A stretch of 63,359 nucleotides of DNA. Origin: Pseudonocardiaceae bacterium. Its GTDB lineage: Bacteria; Actinomycetota; Actinomycetes; Mycobacteriales; Pseudonocardiaceae. The stretch is taken from the NCBI GenBank assembly GCA_050700385.1, contig JBOHGT010000392.1, positions 1-63,359 on the forward strand, given 5' to 3'. Each line of letters starts with the position of its first letter. Position 1 is the stretch's first letter. Below the pieces are notes generated by a model. That model saw only the letters and a list, made by a program, of their open reading frames with translations. It did not search any database and was not told the DNA's origin. The position numbers and the translations under genes are program-made. Positions 8,901 to 19,143 of the stretch are shown here, piece by piece.

Positions 8901-10564
8901 ATGCCGAGGACGGCACGTCCCGCGAGCACACAATGCGCCTTCCTCGAGGAGAGTACTCGTGACGGACTGTCGAATATTCGCGGAAAAGGCGCATCCGGCA
9001 TCTTGAACGAGTCAGTCCGCGTCAATAGCGAACCAGAGATTATTGGGTTCGGTGCGCTGAATGTTGACTACATCGCCAGCGCCTCCCGGCTGTCCCAAAG
9101 CATGGCCGAAGGGGTCACGCGTCTACAGCGCGCTTCGAATGGAACCGTGAAGGTCCAGTGGACGAGAATACGATCACCGATGCGATGCAGAACCTTGGCG
9201 CAGCGTCGTTGAACTCCTCGCTGGGGGGATCAGCCTGGCTGACGATCTTCTCACTGGCCCAGATGAGGGTCGGTGTGCGCCTGGGCTACGTCGGTGTAGT
9301 CGGCCGGGTGGAGGCACCGGGACTTTCGTTCATCGGTCAGATGGACGAACTGGGCATCGACCGTCGCTGGGTAGGTCAATATCCGAACCGGCTTTGCGGG
9401 CTCTGCTTGTCCTACATCGACGACACCGATCGGGTGATGCTTACCCACCCCGGTGCCAATTTCGAGATGCACAGTCATATCCAACAGAACTTCCATGATC
9501 TTGCGGCCTACCTGGCTTCCGCCCGCTTCGTCCATGTCACCTCGTTTCTGGATGAGGCGACGCCCGCAGAGGTGTTGAAGGTGCTGACCAGGGCGAAAGA
9601 GCTGAACCCATGGCTACGCATCAGCTTCGATCCCGGATTCGACTGGTCGGAGCACACGACCCTAGAGGTTGACGGCATCTTGGCGCTGACCGATATTCTT
9701 TTCGTCAACTATCGGGAGTTCAAGGCGCTGGGCCGGTATTCACACGCTGAATCCGATGGTGCGATTGCCCGCAAGGCGCTAGACCGGTGCGCCGTCGGAT
9801 GCACTATTTTCGTCACCAAACGCTATGACTTTGTTGAGGCGTTCCGTGCGACCTCTGACGGGATGCTCGTCCACCCGTTTCAGCTGCGTCGGCCGCTGCA
9901 GGAAACGGAACTGGAGGACGCGACGGGCGCTGGCGACGTCTTCGCCGCCGCGGTGCTTGCATCTTTAGCTTCACGGCGGCTACAGGTGGAGCTCGGCGCG
10001 TTCCTCGGGCTCAGCCTGGCACGACACAAGATGCGGAAAAGGGCTTCCGCCGACAATCAGATCCTGCCTGACCTCAGCAAGGGCTTTCTGCAGCAAACCG
10101 AGACGCTGTCCGGCGCCGACCTGCAGCCCACCGGAGTGTTCCTGGTGCACGATGAGAATCTGCAGTGGCGCGCTGTTCGACGTTTCATCGAGGTAGACTG
10201 TGGACTGACAACGTACGAGGTGAGGTCCGCCGATGTTGGCGAGGACAATTTGGCCGGTCTAATGCGTGAGCATCTTGCCCGTTGTAGCTTTGCGGTCTGC
10301 CTTCTCAGCGCCACGGAGACGATGGCCGACGGCCACACCCGCGCTGATCAGGATATTGTCTACCAGGCAGGCATCTTCCAGGGCCGATACGGCTTCGGGC
10401 GGGTCGCGATACTAGCCGAAGAGGGCTGTCATACATTTTCCAACATCGCCGGACTGATTCGGCTGAGCTATTCCCGAGGGCTGGTGGACAGCACCTTCTT
10501 CGAGCTGGAACGTATGTTACATCGAGAAGGCTTGATGCGACGAGGAGGCGGGCCACGTGTCTGA
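8901..10564 (+). pseudogene. PfkB (ribokinase-fold) kinase fused to a C-terminal TIR-like (COG4271 / Cap12-PycTIR type) domain, copy 1. Frame change near 9100-9135 and degenerate motifs.
   Basis: The N-terminus EIIGFGALNVDYIASAS is in the frame of ORF 8901..9212. The rest (FEWNREGPVDENTI...LGGSAW...EDATGAGDVFAAAVL...GVFLVHDENLQW...FAVCLLSA...ADQDIVYQAGIFQGRYGFGRV) is in the frame of ORF 9158..10564. It is collinear with copy 2. Confidence 0.7.
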
Positions 10565-12158
10565 GCTGTACGATCATGTTGGTGGCGGTGCTCAGCTCAA
10601 CGACTTCACGCTCGATGTGGTCGGTGTCGGGGCGCTGAACTTGGACTATATCGCCAACGCCTCTGCGTTGTCAGGGCAGACACCTTTGCGTTCGCTAACG
10701 ACGCGCATTTTCGAGTTGATTGATCGGATGGGGCCGCCACTGGAGTGGGGAACAGAACGACGTGTTGATAGTCACACGATCCACGCCGCCATCGAGGCGG
10801 TCAGCTCCGCTCGGCCGGATACCTCACTTGGAGGTTCGGCATTCAATGCTGTCTACGCCATAGCCAAGGCTCGGGCGGGGCTTCGGCTCGGCTACGTCGG
10901 AGTCGCTGGACGAGTGCCCGTCATCGGCGTGTCAAGCATCCGGCAGTTCGAAGCTCTCGGCGTCGATCACCGTTTCGTGTTACAGGACGACAAACACTTG
11001 TGTGGTATCTGTTTCTCTTTCTGTGAAGACGGTGAGCGCACCCTGCTGACTCACGCAGGCGCCAACGAGTACATGGCGGACTATATTGATCGCGAGTTCG
11101 CCGACATCGTGGCTTACCTGTCCGGTGCACGCGTGATTCACTTGACGTCCTTCCTGGACAGTAGAACCGCTGAGCGCATGCTCGCGGTGTTGAAAGCGGT
11201 CAAGATGGCCAATCGTGGCACGCTGATCTGTTTTGATCCGGGGCACGTATGGAGCGTGGATCCTACGCCGGAGATCCAGGGCATCGTCCGGATCAGCGAT
11301 TATTTACTGGTTAACTACCGGGAGTTTCGCGAGCTCGGCGAATGTGGGCCCGATGACTCGAACGACGATGTGGCGGCCAGGCTGTTGGGACGGTTCGACA
11401 GCGAGCGAAGCGTCGTCATAGTCAAGCGTCCCACCGGCATCTGGTCCTACTGGCGAGAAGGCGAAAAGGTCATTAGCGACTTCTACCCTCAGGTTCCATT
11501 GCCTGTCGAAGAGGTTGCAGACGCCACCGGAGCCGGCGACGTCTTCGCTGCTGGCCTTCTGATAGTCTTGACCAACGACAAGTTGCAAGTCGAGTTGGGC
11601 TCGCTGCTTGGCATGCGGTTGGCCAGGCACAAGCTACGATACGTCGGCAGCGCCGGCCATGCGCAGTTCGCCGAGGTTACGCGGGACTTCATCAGATCAC
11701 TCGACGCCGAGCGGCGCACCAGGCTACAACCGAAAGGTGTGTTCATCGCCCACGGAGCCAATCCCGAATGGCTGGCCGTCCAGCGTTTCATCGAAGAACG
11801 ATTCAAGCTGCCGGTGTACTCGTTTGAGAGCGGCTCCTGGGGTGGGCGCCAAGTAACCGAGGCGCTCGCCAGTTATTTGGAAAAGTGCAGCTTCGCGATC
11901 TGCGTGCTCACCGCGGAGGATTTTACTGGAGACGGCCGAAAACATGCCCGCCAGAACGTAGTTCACGAAGTCGGCTTGTTCCAAGGTAGGCACGGATTCG
12001 ACCGGGTGATGGTGCTGGCCGAAGAGGGATGCAACTTCGTGCCGCAGGCGGCCAACCCCTACACAATCTCATTTCCCCATAACGGAATCGACCAGACTTT
12101 TTATCGACTCGCCGAGATGATCCGGTCTCAGGGCTTCGGAGCAGCGGAGGTAACTTGA
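10557..12158 (+). CDS. PfkB (ribokinase-fold) kinase fused to a C-terminal TIR-like (COG4271 / Cap12-PycTIR type) domain, copy 2 (intact)
   Basis: 533 aa. VVGVGALNLDYI, LGGSAFNAVYA and ADATGAGDVFAAGLL are PfkB signatures. From aa ~392: GVFIAHGANPEW...CSFAICVLTAEDF...KHARQNVVHEVGLFQGRHGFDRVMVLAEEG is the TIR-like family signature. 8-nt overlap with copy 1. Confidence 0.8.
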   Translation: MSELYDHVGGGAQLNDFTLDVVGVGALNLDYIANASALSGQTPLRSLTTRIFELIDRMGPPLEWGTERRVDSHTIHAAIEAVSSARPDTSLGGSAFNAVYAIAKARAGLRLGYVGVAGRVPVIGVSSIRQFEALGVDHRFVLQDDKHLCGICFSFCEDGERTLLTHAGANEYMADYIDREFADIVAYLSGARVIHLTSFLDSRTAERMLAVLKAVKMANRGTLICFDPGHVWSVDPTPEIQGIVRISDYLLVNYREFRELGECGPDDSNDDVAARLLGRFDSERSVVIVKRPTGIWSYWREGEKVISDFYPQVPLPVEEVADATGAGDVFAAGLLIVLTNDKLQVELGSLLGMRLARHKLRYVGSAGHAQFAEVTRDFIRSLDAERRTRLQPKGVFIAHGANPEWLAVQRFIEERFKLPVYSFESGSWGGRQVTEALASYLEKCSFAICVLTAEDFTGDGRKHARQNVVHEVGLFQGRHGFDRVMVLAEEGCNFVPQAANPYTISFPHNGIDQTFYRLAEMIRSQGFGAAEVT

Positions 12159-12604
12159 TCCACAAGTTTCGGTGCGGACCGTCTGAGCTGTGGAACGGTA
12201 TGTCGAGTGCCTACCAAGGACCCGTGATCTCGCGGCGAGGGTCTACCTGCTCACCGAGACACATGGAGGCCTTCGCCTCCCTGGTGAAGCACACTGCACC
12301 GCAGGATCCTGCTCGCCTACCGCACCGCTGGCCCCGGGACGGCCACGGGGTAGGGGGTAGGACTGGAACGTTATCGGTCTCGTCTACCCGGACGTCCATC
12401 CGGGTGAAGCTGTAACCATCAATTTCGTAGCCGCTGTCTGTCGACGCCACGTGCGAGCCGCCGTCGCGGGTACTCACTCCGCGGCAGACCCGGTGCCGGG
12501 CTCATGCGTCGAGGGCATTGACGACATCCTCCGGACGTCCCGGATCAGCAGGTCGGCCACGAGCGCCTCCACCGTGAGCGATCACACGATAGCCAGTCGC
12601 GCAA

Positions 12605-13036
12605 CTATGACCTCAGCGCGGTGAGGGCGTGCGTGTCGAGCGGGTCCACCCGGCGCAGACCGTCGAGACAGTCGAACGCCCGATCGGTCGTAACGATCAC
12701 CTCACACCCCGCGTCGATCGCAACCGCCGCGTGCAACCGGTCAGCTGTCCCGAGACTCGATGGCGGATACTCCAGAGCTGCACGCAGATGGTCCGACGTC
12801 ACGCTGAGCAGGACGGGGAACAGCTCGGCAGCCGCCCGAGCGGTTCCCCCAGGCAGCGACGGTCGCCCCCGATGCTCGAGATGCCACACTTCTTCGATCA
12901 CGAGGACCGAGGTGATGGCCGGCAACCGCCCGTCCGCAACCTACGACATGATCTCGGTGCACGCCGGTCGCTGGGGGGCCTCGTACCGGGTGTAGGCGAT
13001 GACAACGGCATCGATGAACGCGAGCACGCTTGTCAT
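12605..13036 (-). pseudogene. vapC: PIN-domain toxin VapC with an in-frame amber stop at 12941-12943
   Basis: An ATG at 13036 overlaps the antitoxin stop (ATGA). Reading is MTSVLAFIDAVVIAYTRYEAPQRPACTEIMS-TAG-VADGRLPAITSVLVIEEVW...LHAAVAIDAGCEVIVTTDRAF, all in one frame. The track reports only the distal part (12605..12925). Confidence 0.8.
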
Positions 13037-13290
13037 CTCGGCGGCAGGAGCTTGTCGACGCGATCGTCGAGCAGCGCTTCGAGCTCGTCCGGGTCCGGCG
13101 CGGGAGCCACGACGGGGAGGGCATCGAAACGTGCCCAGCTGGCCCGGCGCTGGGGATCCCGCTGGCGTGGGAACGCCTGGTCGATCGCCTCACGCACCAG
13201 CTCCGTCACCGGCACCCCCTGGACCCGGGCCATATCCCGAAGGTGTGCCGCCTGGTCCGGCCGAAGAAGGATCTGCAGCCGCTCCATCAC
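13033..13290 (-). CDS. vapB: Ribbon-helix-helix (CopG/VapB-type) antitoxin
   Basis: MERLQILLRPDQAAHLRDMARVQGVPVTELVREAIDQ. The internal ATG of ORF 13033..13335 was chosen as start. Confidence 0.7.
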   Translation of the reverse strand: MMERLQILLRPDQAAHLRDMARVQGVPVTELVREAIDQAFPRQRDPQRRASWARFDALPVVAPAPDPDELEALLDDRVDKLLPPR

Positions 13291-13406
13291 CATACATATA
13301 GCATACACACGCTCCGAGCGAGGACGAACGGTCACAGCCGGAACGAGGGCGACGACGACACCGTTAGGATCGCAGCGTCACACATCGGTAGCCGGGAGGG
13401 TGCACG

Positions 13407-16400
13407 GTGGCGCACGGTCGCAGACCCGTAGTACCCAACCCCGGCCCGCCGCCTGCGGTGCAGCATTGGTTCCAGGAGCGCCCGTCCGAATACGCCTGGG
13501 AGCAGGACGGGCTGGACCACGTCAAGAACCTGATGCCCAACGCCGAGCCCTACCGCGCCTGGGCGACCTTCTCCTTCACCGCAGCGTCCGGACGGATCAA
13601 CGAATGTGACCTGTTGATCGCCGTACCCGGCGGCCTGTACCTGGTCGAGCTCAAGGGACACCCGGGTCACGCGGTCAACAACGGCGAGACCTGGAGCTTT
13701 CACGAGCCGGACAGCGGCCGGGTGCGGCCGCTGCGCAACCCGTTGCATCTGATCGACCTGAAGTCCAAGGAGCTGAAGACCCGGCTGGAATGGGCGGTCA
13801 AGCAGCTCGGCATCAGCGAGAAGATCCCGCGCGTCGAGCCGGCGATCTTCCTCTCGGCCCCCAACCTGAGCTCGGCGCTGGACGAGGTCCAGCGGACCCG
13901 GGTATACGGCAGGGACGACGTAGCCAGCGGGCTGCCGTGGATCTGGCGGGACTTGCTGGCCAGGCCACCGCAGCGGGAATCCAGGCCGATCACTCCGGAA
14001 TTCTCCCGGGACGTGCTGCCGAAGCTGATGGCGAAGATCGGCATTCGGGCATCGACGGCGCATCTGCGGTTCGGCGATGACTGGATGCTGCAGCCACAAC
14101 CGCTCGACGCCGGCCCGACCTGGGAGGACCGGCTGGCCGAGCGCACGGGGATCGTGCGGGAGGAAGGCAGGGTTCGGATCTACCTCACTGCCCAGCAGGC
14201 CACCGAGGAGGCCAAGCGTTCGGTCACCCGGGCGGCCCAGCGCGAGTACCAGGTGCTGCAGGGCATCACCCACCGCGGGATCGCGCAAGCGGTGCAGATC
14301 CGGGAACACCAGGGCGGCCCGGCGATCCTGTTCCACCACAAGCATTCCGATCTACGGCTGGACGCCTATCTCGCGGTGCACGGCGAACGGCTGACCCCCG
14401 AGATCCGGCTCGACCTGGTGCGCCAGCTCGCCGAGGCGCTGCGGTACGCACACCACCGCTCGCTCTACCACCGTGCGCTTGCCGCCCGCTCCGTCTACGT
14501 CTCGACCAGGGGCGACGGCTCAGCGCCGGTGCTGCGGATCATTGACTGGCAAGCGGCGGCCCGGGACTTCGACACCACGACCCTGCCCTCCATCGGCGGC
14601 AGCTCGCTGACCGGGGAACACCTGGGGGACACCACCGGCGTGTACCTGGCCCCGGAGTTCGACACGCCCTATGCCGACCCGGTCGATCTCGACATCTTCG
14701 GCCTCGGCGCGGTGGCCTACTTGATCCTCACGGCTCAAGCACCGGCAACGCAGCGCAGCGCCCTGATCGACCGGGTGACCGCCGACGGCGGCCTGCACCC
14801 GCACGCCGTGGTCGACGGCCTCGCGGACGCCCTGGACAAGCTGATCTTCCAGGCCACCCGGTCCGGCATCGCGGAGCGGCTGGACTCGGCGGACCGATTC
14901 CTCGACGAACTCGATCAAGTCGAGCAGGACTCACCGGCGCCCGAATCGAGCACGCCGAGTGTCGATCCGCTCACCGCGGTGCCCGGCCAGCAGGTTGACG
15001 GTCACTGGTGCGTGGAACGGGTGCTGGGTACCGGCGCCACCGCCCGGGCACTGCTGGTCACGTGGACCGGAGAGGATGACGAGGGGGAGGCTGCACACAA
15101 GCCACACGTGCTCAAGATCGCACTGGACGAGCACAAGGCGGCCCGGCTGCAGGCCGAGGCCCGGGCGCTGGAGCTGGTCGGCGGTGGCGTGGTGGTGCAG
15201 TTGCTGGGTGGCCCGCGCGAGCTTGGTGGCCGGACCGTGCTCGACCTGGAGTACGCCGGTGGGGCATCGCCGAGGTACCCCGGCGGGGAATCACTCGGAG
15301 CGCGGCTGCGGGCCGAGGGCAGGCTCAGCTACCACGAGCTGGAGCGCTTCGGCGGCGACCTGTTCACCGCGCTGGACCAGCTGGCCGCCAAGGGCGTGCG
15401 GCATCGCGACCTGAAACCGGACAACTTCGGCTTGTACCGCCGCGAGGACCGGTCCTGGCAGTTGATGCTGTTCGACTTCTCCCTCGCCGGCATCTCCGAG
15501 CGCGACATCACGGCGGGCACCCGGAGCCACCTGGACCCGTTCCTCGGCACCGATCGCCGGCCGGTGTTCGACGACCATGCGGAACGCTACGCGGCGGCGG
15601 TCACCCTGCACGAGATGGCGTCGAACGCCCGTCCGGTGTGGGGCGACGGCATCACCGACCCACGCACCACGACGGACGAAACGCCCACCATCGCCGTCGA
15701 ACTGTTCGAGCCCGCGCTGAGCGAGGGCCTGACCGCGTTCTTCCAGCGCGCCCTGCACCGCGACGTGGACCGCCGGTTCGACACCTTCCGGCAGATGGAG
15801 GGCGCCTGGCGGGCGGTCTTCGCGGCAGCCGACGCGGCGGCTCCCGCCACCACACCGGCGACGATCGGCACGGACGCGGACAGCCTGGAGGAGACGCGGG
15901 ACGCGGCGGTGGATGCCGCGGAGCTGGACACCCCCTGGAAGCGGCCGGGCTGTCGCCGCGTGCCGTGTCGGTCGCACACACATTCGGCGCGACAACGGTC
16001 GGCGAGCTGCTCGATGTCCGGCTACACCGGATAGCCAAAGCCCGGGGCGCTGGAGCGGTGATCCGCAAGGAGCTCAACCGGCGACACAAGCAGTGGACGG
16101 CGAGGCTGCGTCGCCCGGAGCGGGAGCAGCCCACACCGCAGCCCGCCGACCAGACGGGGCCGGACGGGGCCGCTGCGCCGGATGCTGCGGGGCCGGACAG
16201 GGCGGCCGCCGCTCGACTGACGGTCGACAGGATGGCCGCGCTGCTCAGCCCGTCGCCCGGACCCAAGGGCTCGAGGAAGAGCGATGTGGTCCGGCTGATC
16301 CTCGGCCTGCCCCGGCCCGATGACGGCACGCAACGCGAGACCGGGCAGCCGGTGTCGTGGCTTACCCAGGGTGGGATCGCCAAGCGGCTGGGGATCACCC

Positions 16401-17860
16401 AGGCCAGTGTGTCCCGCCATCACCAGTCCGCGATCAAGGAGTGGGCCGCGGCACCCTGGCTGGCCGGCGTGCGCGACGAGCTGGTCGAGGTGGTCGCCGC
16501 AGCGGGCCGGGTGATGGTGGCCGAGGAGCTGGCCGCCGCGCTGCGGGTGAGCCATGGCGCCTCCGAGGACGAACCGCCGGACCGCACGATGGCCAAGGCG
16601 TCCGCGGTGGTGCGCGCAGCGGTCGAGGCCGAAGCCTGGCCGGGCGACGACCGGGACACCGGAGCCGGGACGGAGCCGCGCCTCGCCGTGCTGCGGCGCG
16701 GCCAGCGGGTGTTGTTGGCGCTGGAGTCGCTGCCCGGCACCGACGATCCCAGCGCACCGGAGCTGGCCGACTACGCCTCCGCTCTGGGACGCAAGGCCGA
16801 CGAGCTGGCCGGCCAGGACCCGCTGCCAGGCCGCAGTGCGGTGGTGCGCGACCTGCGTGCCGTCCCGGCACCGGAGGGGCTCGCCCCGCTGGCAGACACC
16901 CGGCTCGTCGCGCTGGCGGCGGGGGTCTCGTCCCGGGTCGCGGCCTCCCCACGGCTGGAGCTCTACCAGCGTGACCTGGACCTGACCCGGGCGCTGCGCA
17001 TCTCGCAGGCCGCAGCGGGGGTTCGCCGGGACCCCGGCATCACGAACGACGAGCTGCTGGCGAGGGTGCGAACCAGGTTCCCGGAGTTGGCCATCGACGA
17101 CCGGGTGACCCATGTACAGGTCGAGGAGGCGCTCAAGGCCGCCGGTTTCTCGCTGGAGTACGAGCCCGCCGGCAAGCGGTTCCGGCCACCGGGCCCGGAG
17201 TTCGGGTGGGCGGTGACGTCGACGAGCACGGCGATGAGCAGGCACGGGCGGATGGCGGCGGCCGGGCTCGACCCGCATGCCGTGATCGCCGCCAAGCTCG
17301 CCACCGCCGTGCAACAGGGCGGGTTCCTGGCCCTTACGCTGCGGGGCCACCACCTGCCGGGGACCGCACAGGCTCTGGCCGCTGCGCACGCCGTCCGCCC
17401 GGTGGACCTCAATCGGGAGTTCCTCACCGAGTTCCGGGCGCTGGCCGCCGAGCGCGGCCAGGACTGGGGCAAGGTACTCACCATCGACGCCAGGTTCGCC
17501 GAGACCGGCCAGATCTCCCCCGGCCTGGGCTCTTACCTGCGTGCCGTCTGGGCGCGGGTCGAGCAGCAGCTGCTAGACCTGGCGTCGGAGGAGAATACGG
17601 TGCTGTTTGTGCACGACGCCGGGTTGCTCGCGCGGTACTACGACGCGGGTGGGCACGACGTGCTGGTCCGGCTGCAGGGCGCCGCCCGGCGACCAGCGGA
17701 CGTCCCGCACGGGTTGTGGCTGCTGTGCCCGGCGGAATCGACGTCGGACACCCCGACGCTGGACGGTCGGACGGTCGAAGTGCACGGTGATGCCGAGCGC
17801 GTGGTGCTCGACCGGACGTTCCTGGACGGGCTGGGTCGCGAGTCAGGCAATGCAGCGTGA
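13407..17860 (+). pseudogene. pglW: BREX type 2 / Pgl serine-threonine kinase PglW (NERD-like N-terminus, degenerate kinase, active-looking kinase, HhH-like segment, long C-terminal region). Single-base frame break at ~15931-15936.
   Basis: ORF 13407..16034 carries ECDLLIAVPGGLYLVELKGHPG (NERD-like), YHRALAARSVYV (HRD degraded), then VRHRDLKPDNF...LFDFSLAG. ORF 15638..17860 continues sensibly from PLEAAGLSPRAVSVAHTFGATTVGELL. The junction is at a C5 run. Genomic context is pglX/Y/Z, brxD and brxHI. Confidence 0.85.
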
Positions 17861-17881
17861 GCGGTCCAGGGACTACTGGCA

Positions 17882-18496
17882 GCCCGGTTGCTGCGCGTAG
17901 CCCCGAGCACGCTGCACTGGCTAGAGGGCGGCGAGCGACGGGGCAGAACCTACCTACCGATCCTGCGGGTGGAGGCGACGGGAACACGATCGGTGACCTG
18001 GGCGGAGTTCGTCGAGGCGGCGTTCCTGCGGGAGTATCGGCGCTCGCACGGTGTGCCGATGGCCGAGCTGCGTGGGTTCATCGATCGGCTCCGGGACCAC
18101 TACGGCGTGCCGTACCCGCTCGCGCACCACCAGCCGTTTCGTCAGCGGCCGGCAGCTCGTGTACGATGCGCAGGAGGGCTCAGGGCTCGCGCCGGAGTTC
18201 TGCCTCGTTGCTGTGGTCAGTGGTCAGTACGTTCTGACTCCCGCGTCCGACAGCTACTTGAAGCGGGTGACGTGGGACGACGATGTCGCGTCGGCATGGC
18301 GTCCGCACGATGACCCGGCCTCGCCGGTCCGTGTCGATCCGGAGGTGCGCTTCGGCCGCCCGGCCATCCACGGGATCAGCACGGAGATCCTGTGGGAGCA
18401 GTCGGAGAGCGGAGCGGATGCACACGAGCTGTCCGAGGCGTTCGACCTCGCCGTGAGCGACGTGCAGTGGGCACTGGCCTACGAGCACTCCCACCG
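17882..18496 (+). pseudogene. 5'-truncated, frameshifted copy of the HTH + DUF433 gene. Direct-repeat partner of 22791..23407.
   Basis: Near-identical to 22791-23407 but lacks the first ~17 codons, has a 3-nt deletion (LHYWLEGG becomes LHWLEGG) and an extra T at 18137-18139. That T splits the reading between ORFs 17888..18313 and 18051..18896. Confidence 0.85.
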
Positions 18497-19143
18497 GGCA
18501 ATCGCAGAGCACACCCAGCACCACGGGCGCCCACCGACCCCGAGGCAACTGGATCGACTCTTCGACGACGAGTTTCTTCCTCCCGGCCGCGAACAAGCCA
18601 GCACACCGGCAACTCAAGGCATCGGCGCTATGGCTGGTCGACACGTACATCGACCGTTACACCGAGGACCTGAAGCGGGTATGGGAAACCGAACGGCCGT
18701 TCGAGCTGCACCTGCGATCGTGACCGGCCGGGGCGGTCAGTCGAGCAGAGACAACTGTCGAGCAGAGCGTGCGGGGCCTGCGGAACCGGGACTTCCGCGC
18801 GAGTCCCGGCAAGGTGTGCCGCAGCTGCGACGTCCGAACCCTCTGCCGATGGAAGGCAGCCTCGTAGATGCAGCCACGAACGCCGACTCCGGGTGATCGA
18901 CGACGTTGGCCTCCGCCGTTGTCAACGGCGGTCGTCGGATCCTGATGCGCAGCGCGTGCAGGCGGCACGGCGGGGCGCCAGGGACGGTGCGCCGAGCTGA
19001 TCTGCCGTCACCGGCGGACAGCGCTGGCCACCAGGGTATTGGGCTCCGCCGACCTCGGCCGTGGCGCCGCCAGCCGTGCTCGACATACTGGAACAGGGCT
19101 ATCACCATGCTCGCGCTCGGCCGAACGGGCAATGGCTGCCCGA

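Noticed and set aside
12211-12477. 88-aa minus-strand ORF (HVASTDSGYEIDGYSFTRMDVRVDETDN...) and an SDR-like C-terminal peptide around 12490-12600
   Set aside because: Only short stretches look protein-like, no start or domain context is present, and the remainder of the ORF is low-complexity. These are probably remnants, not supportable as features.
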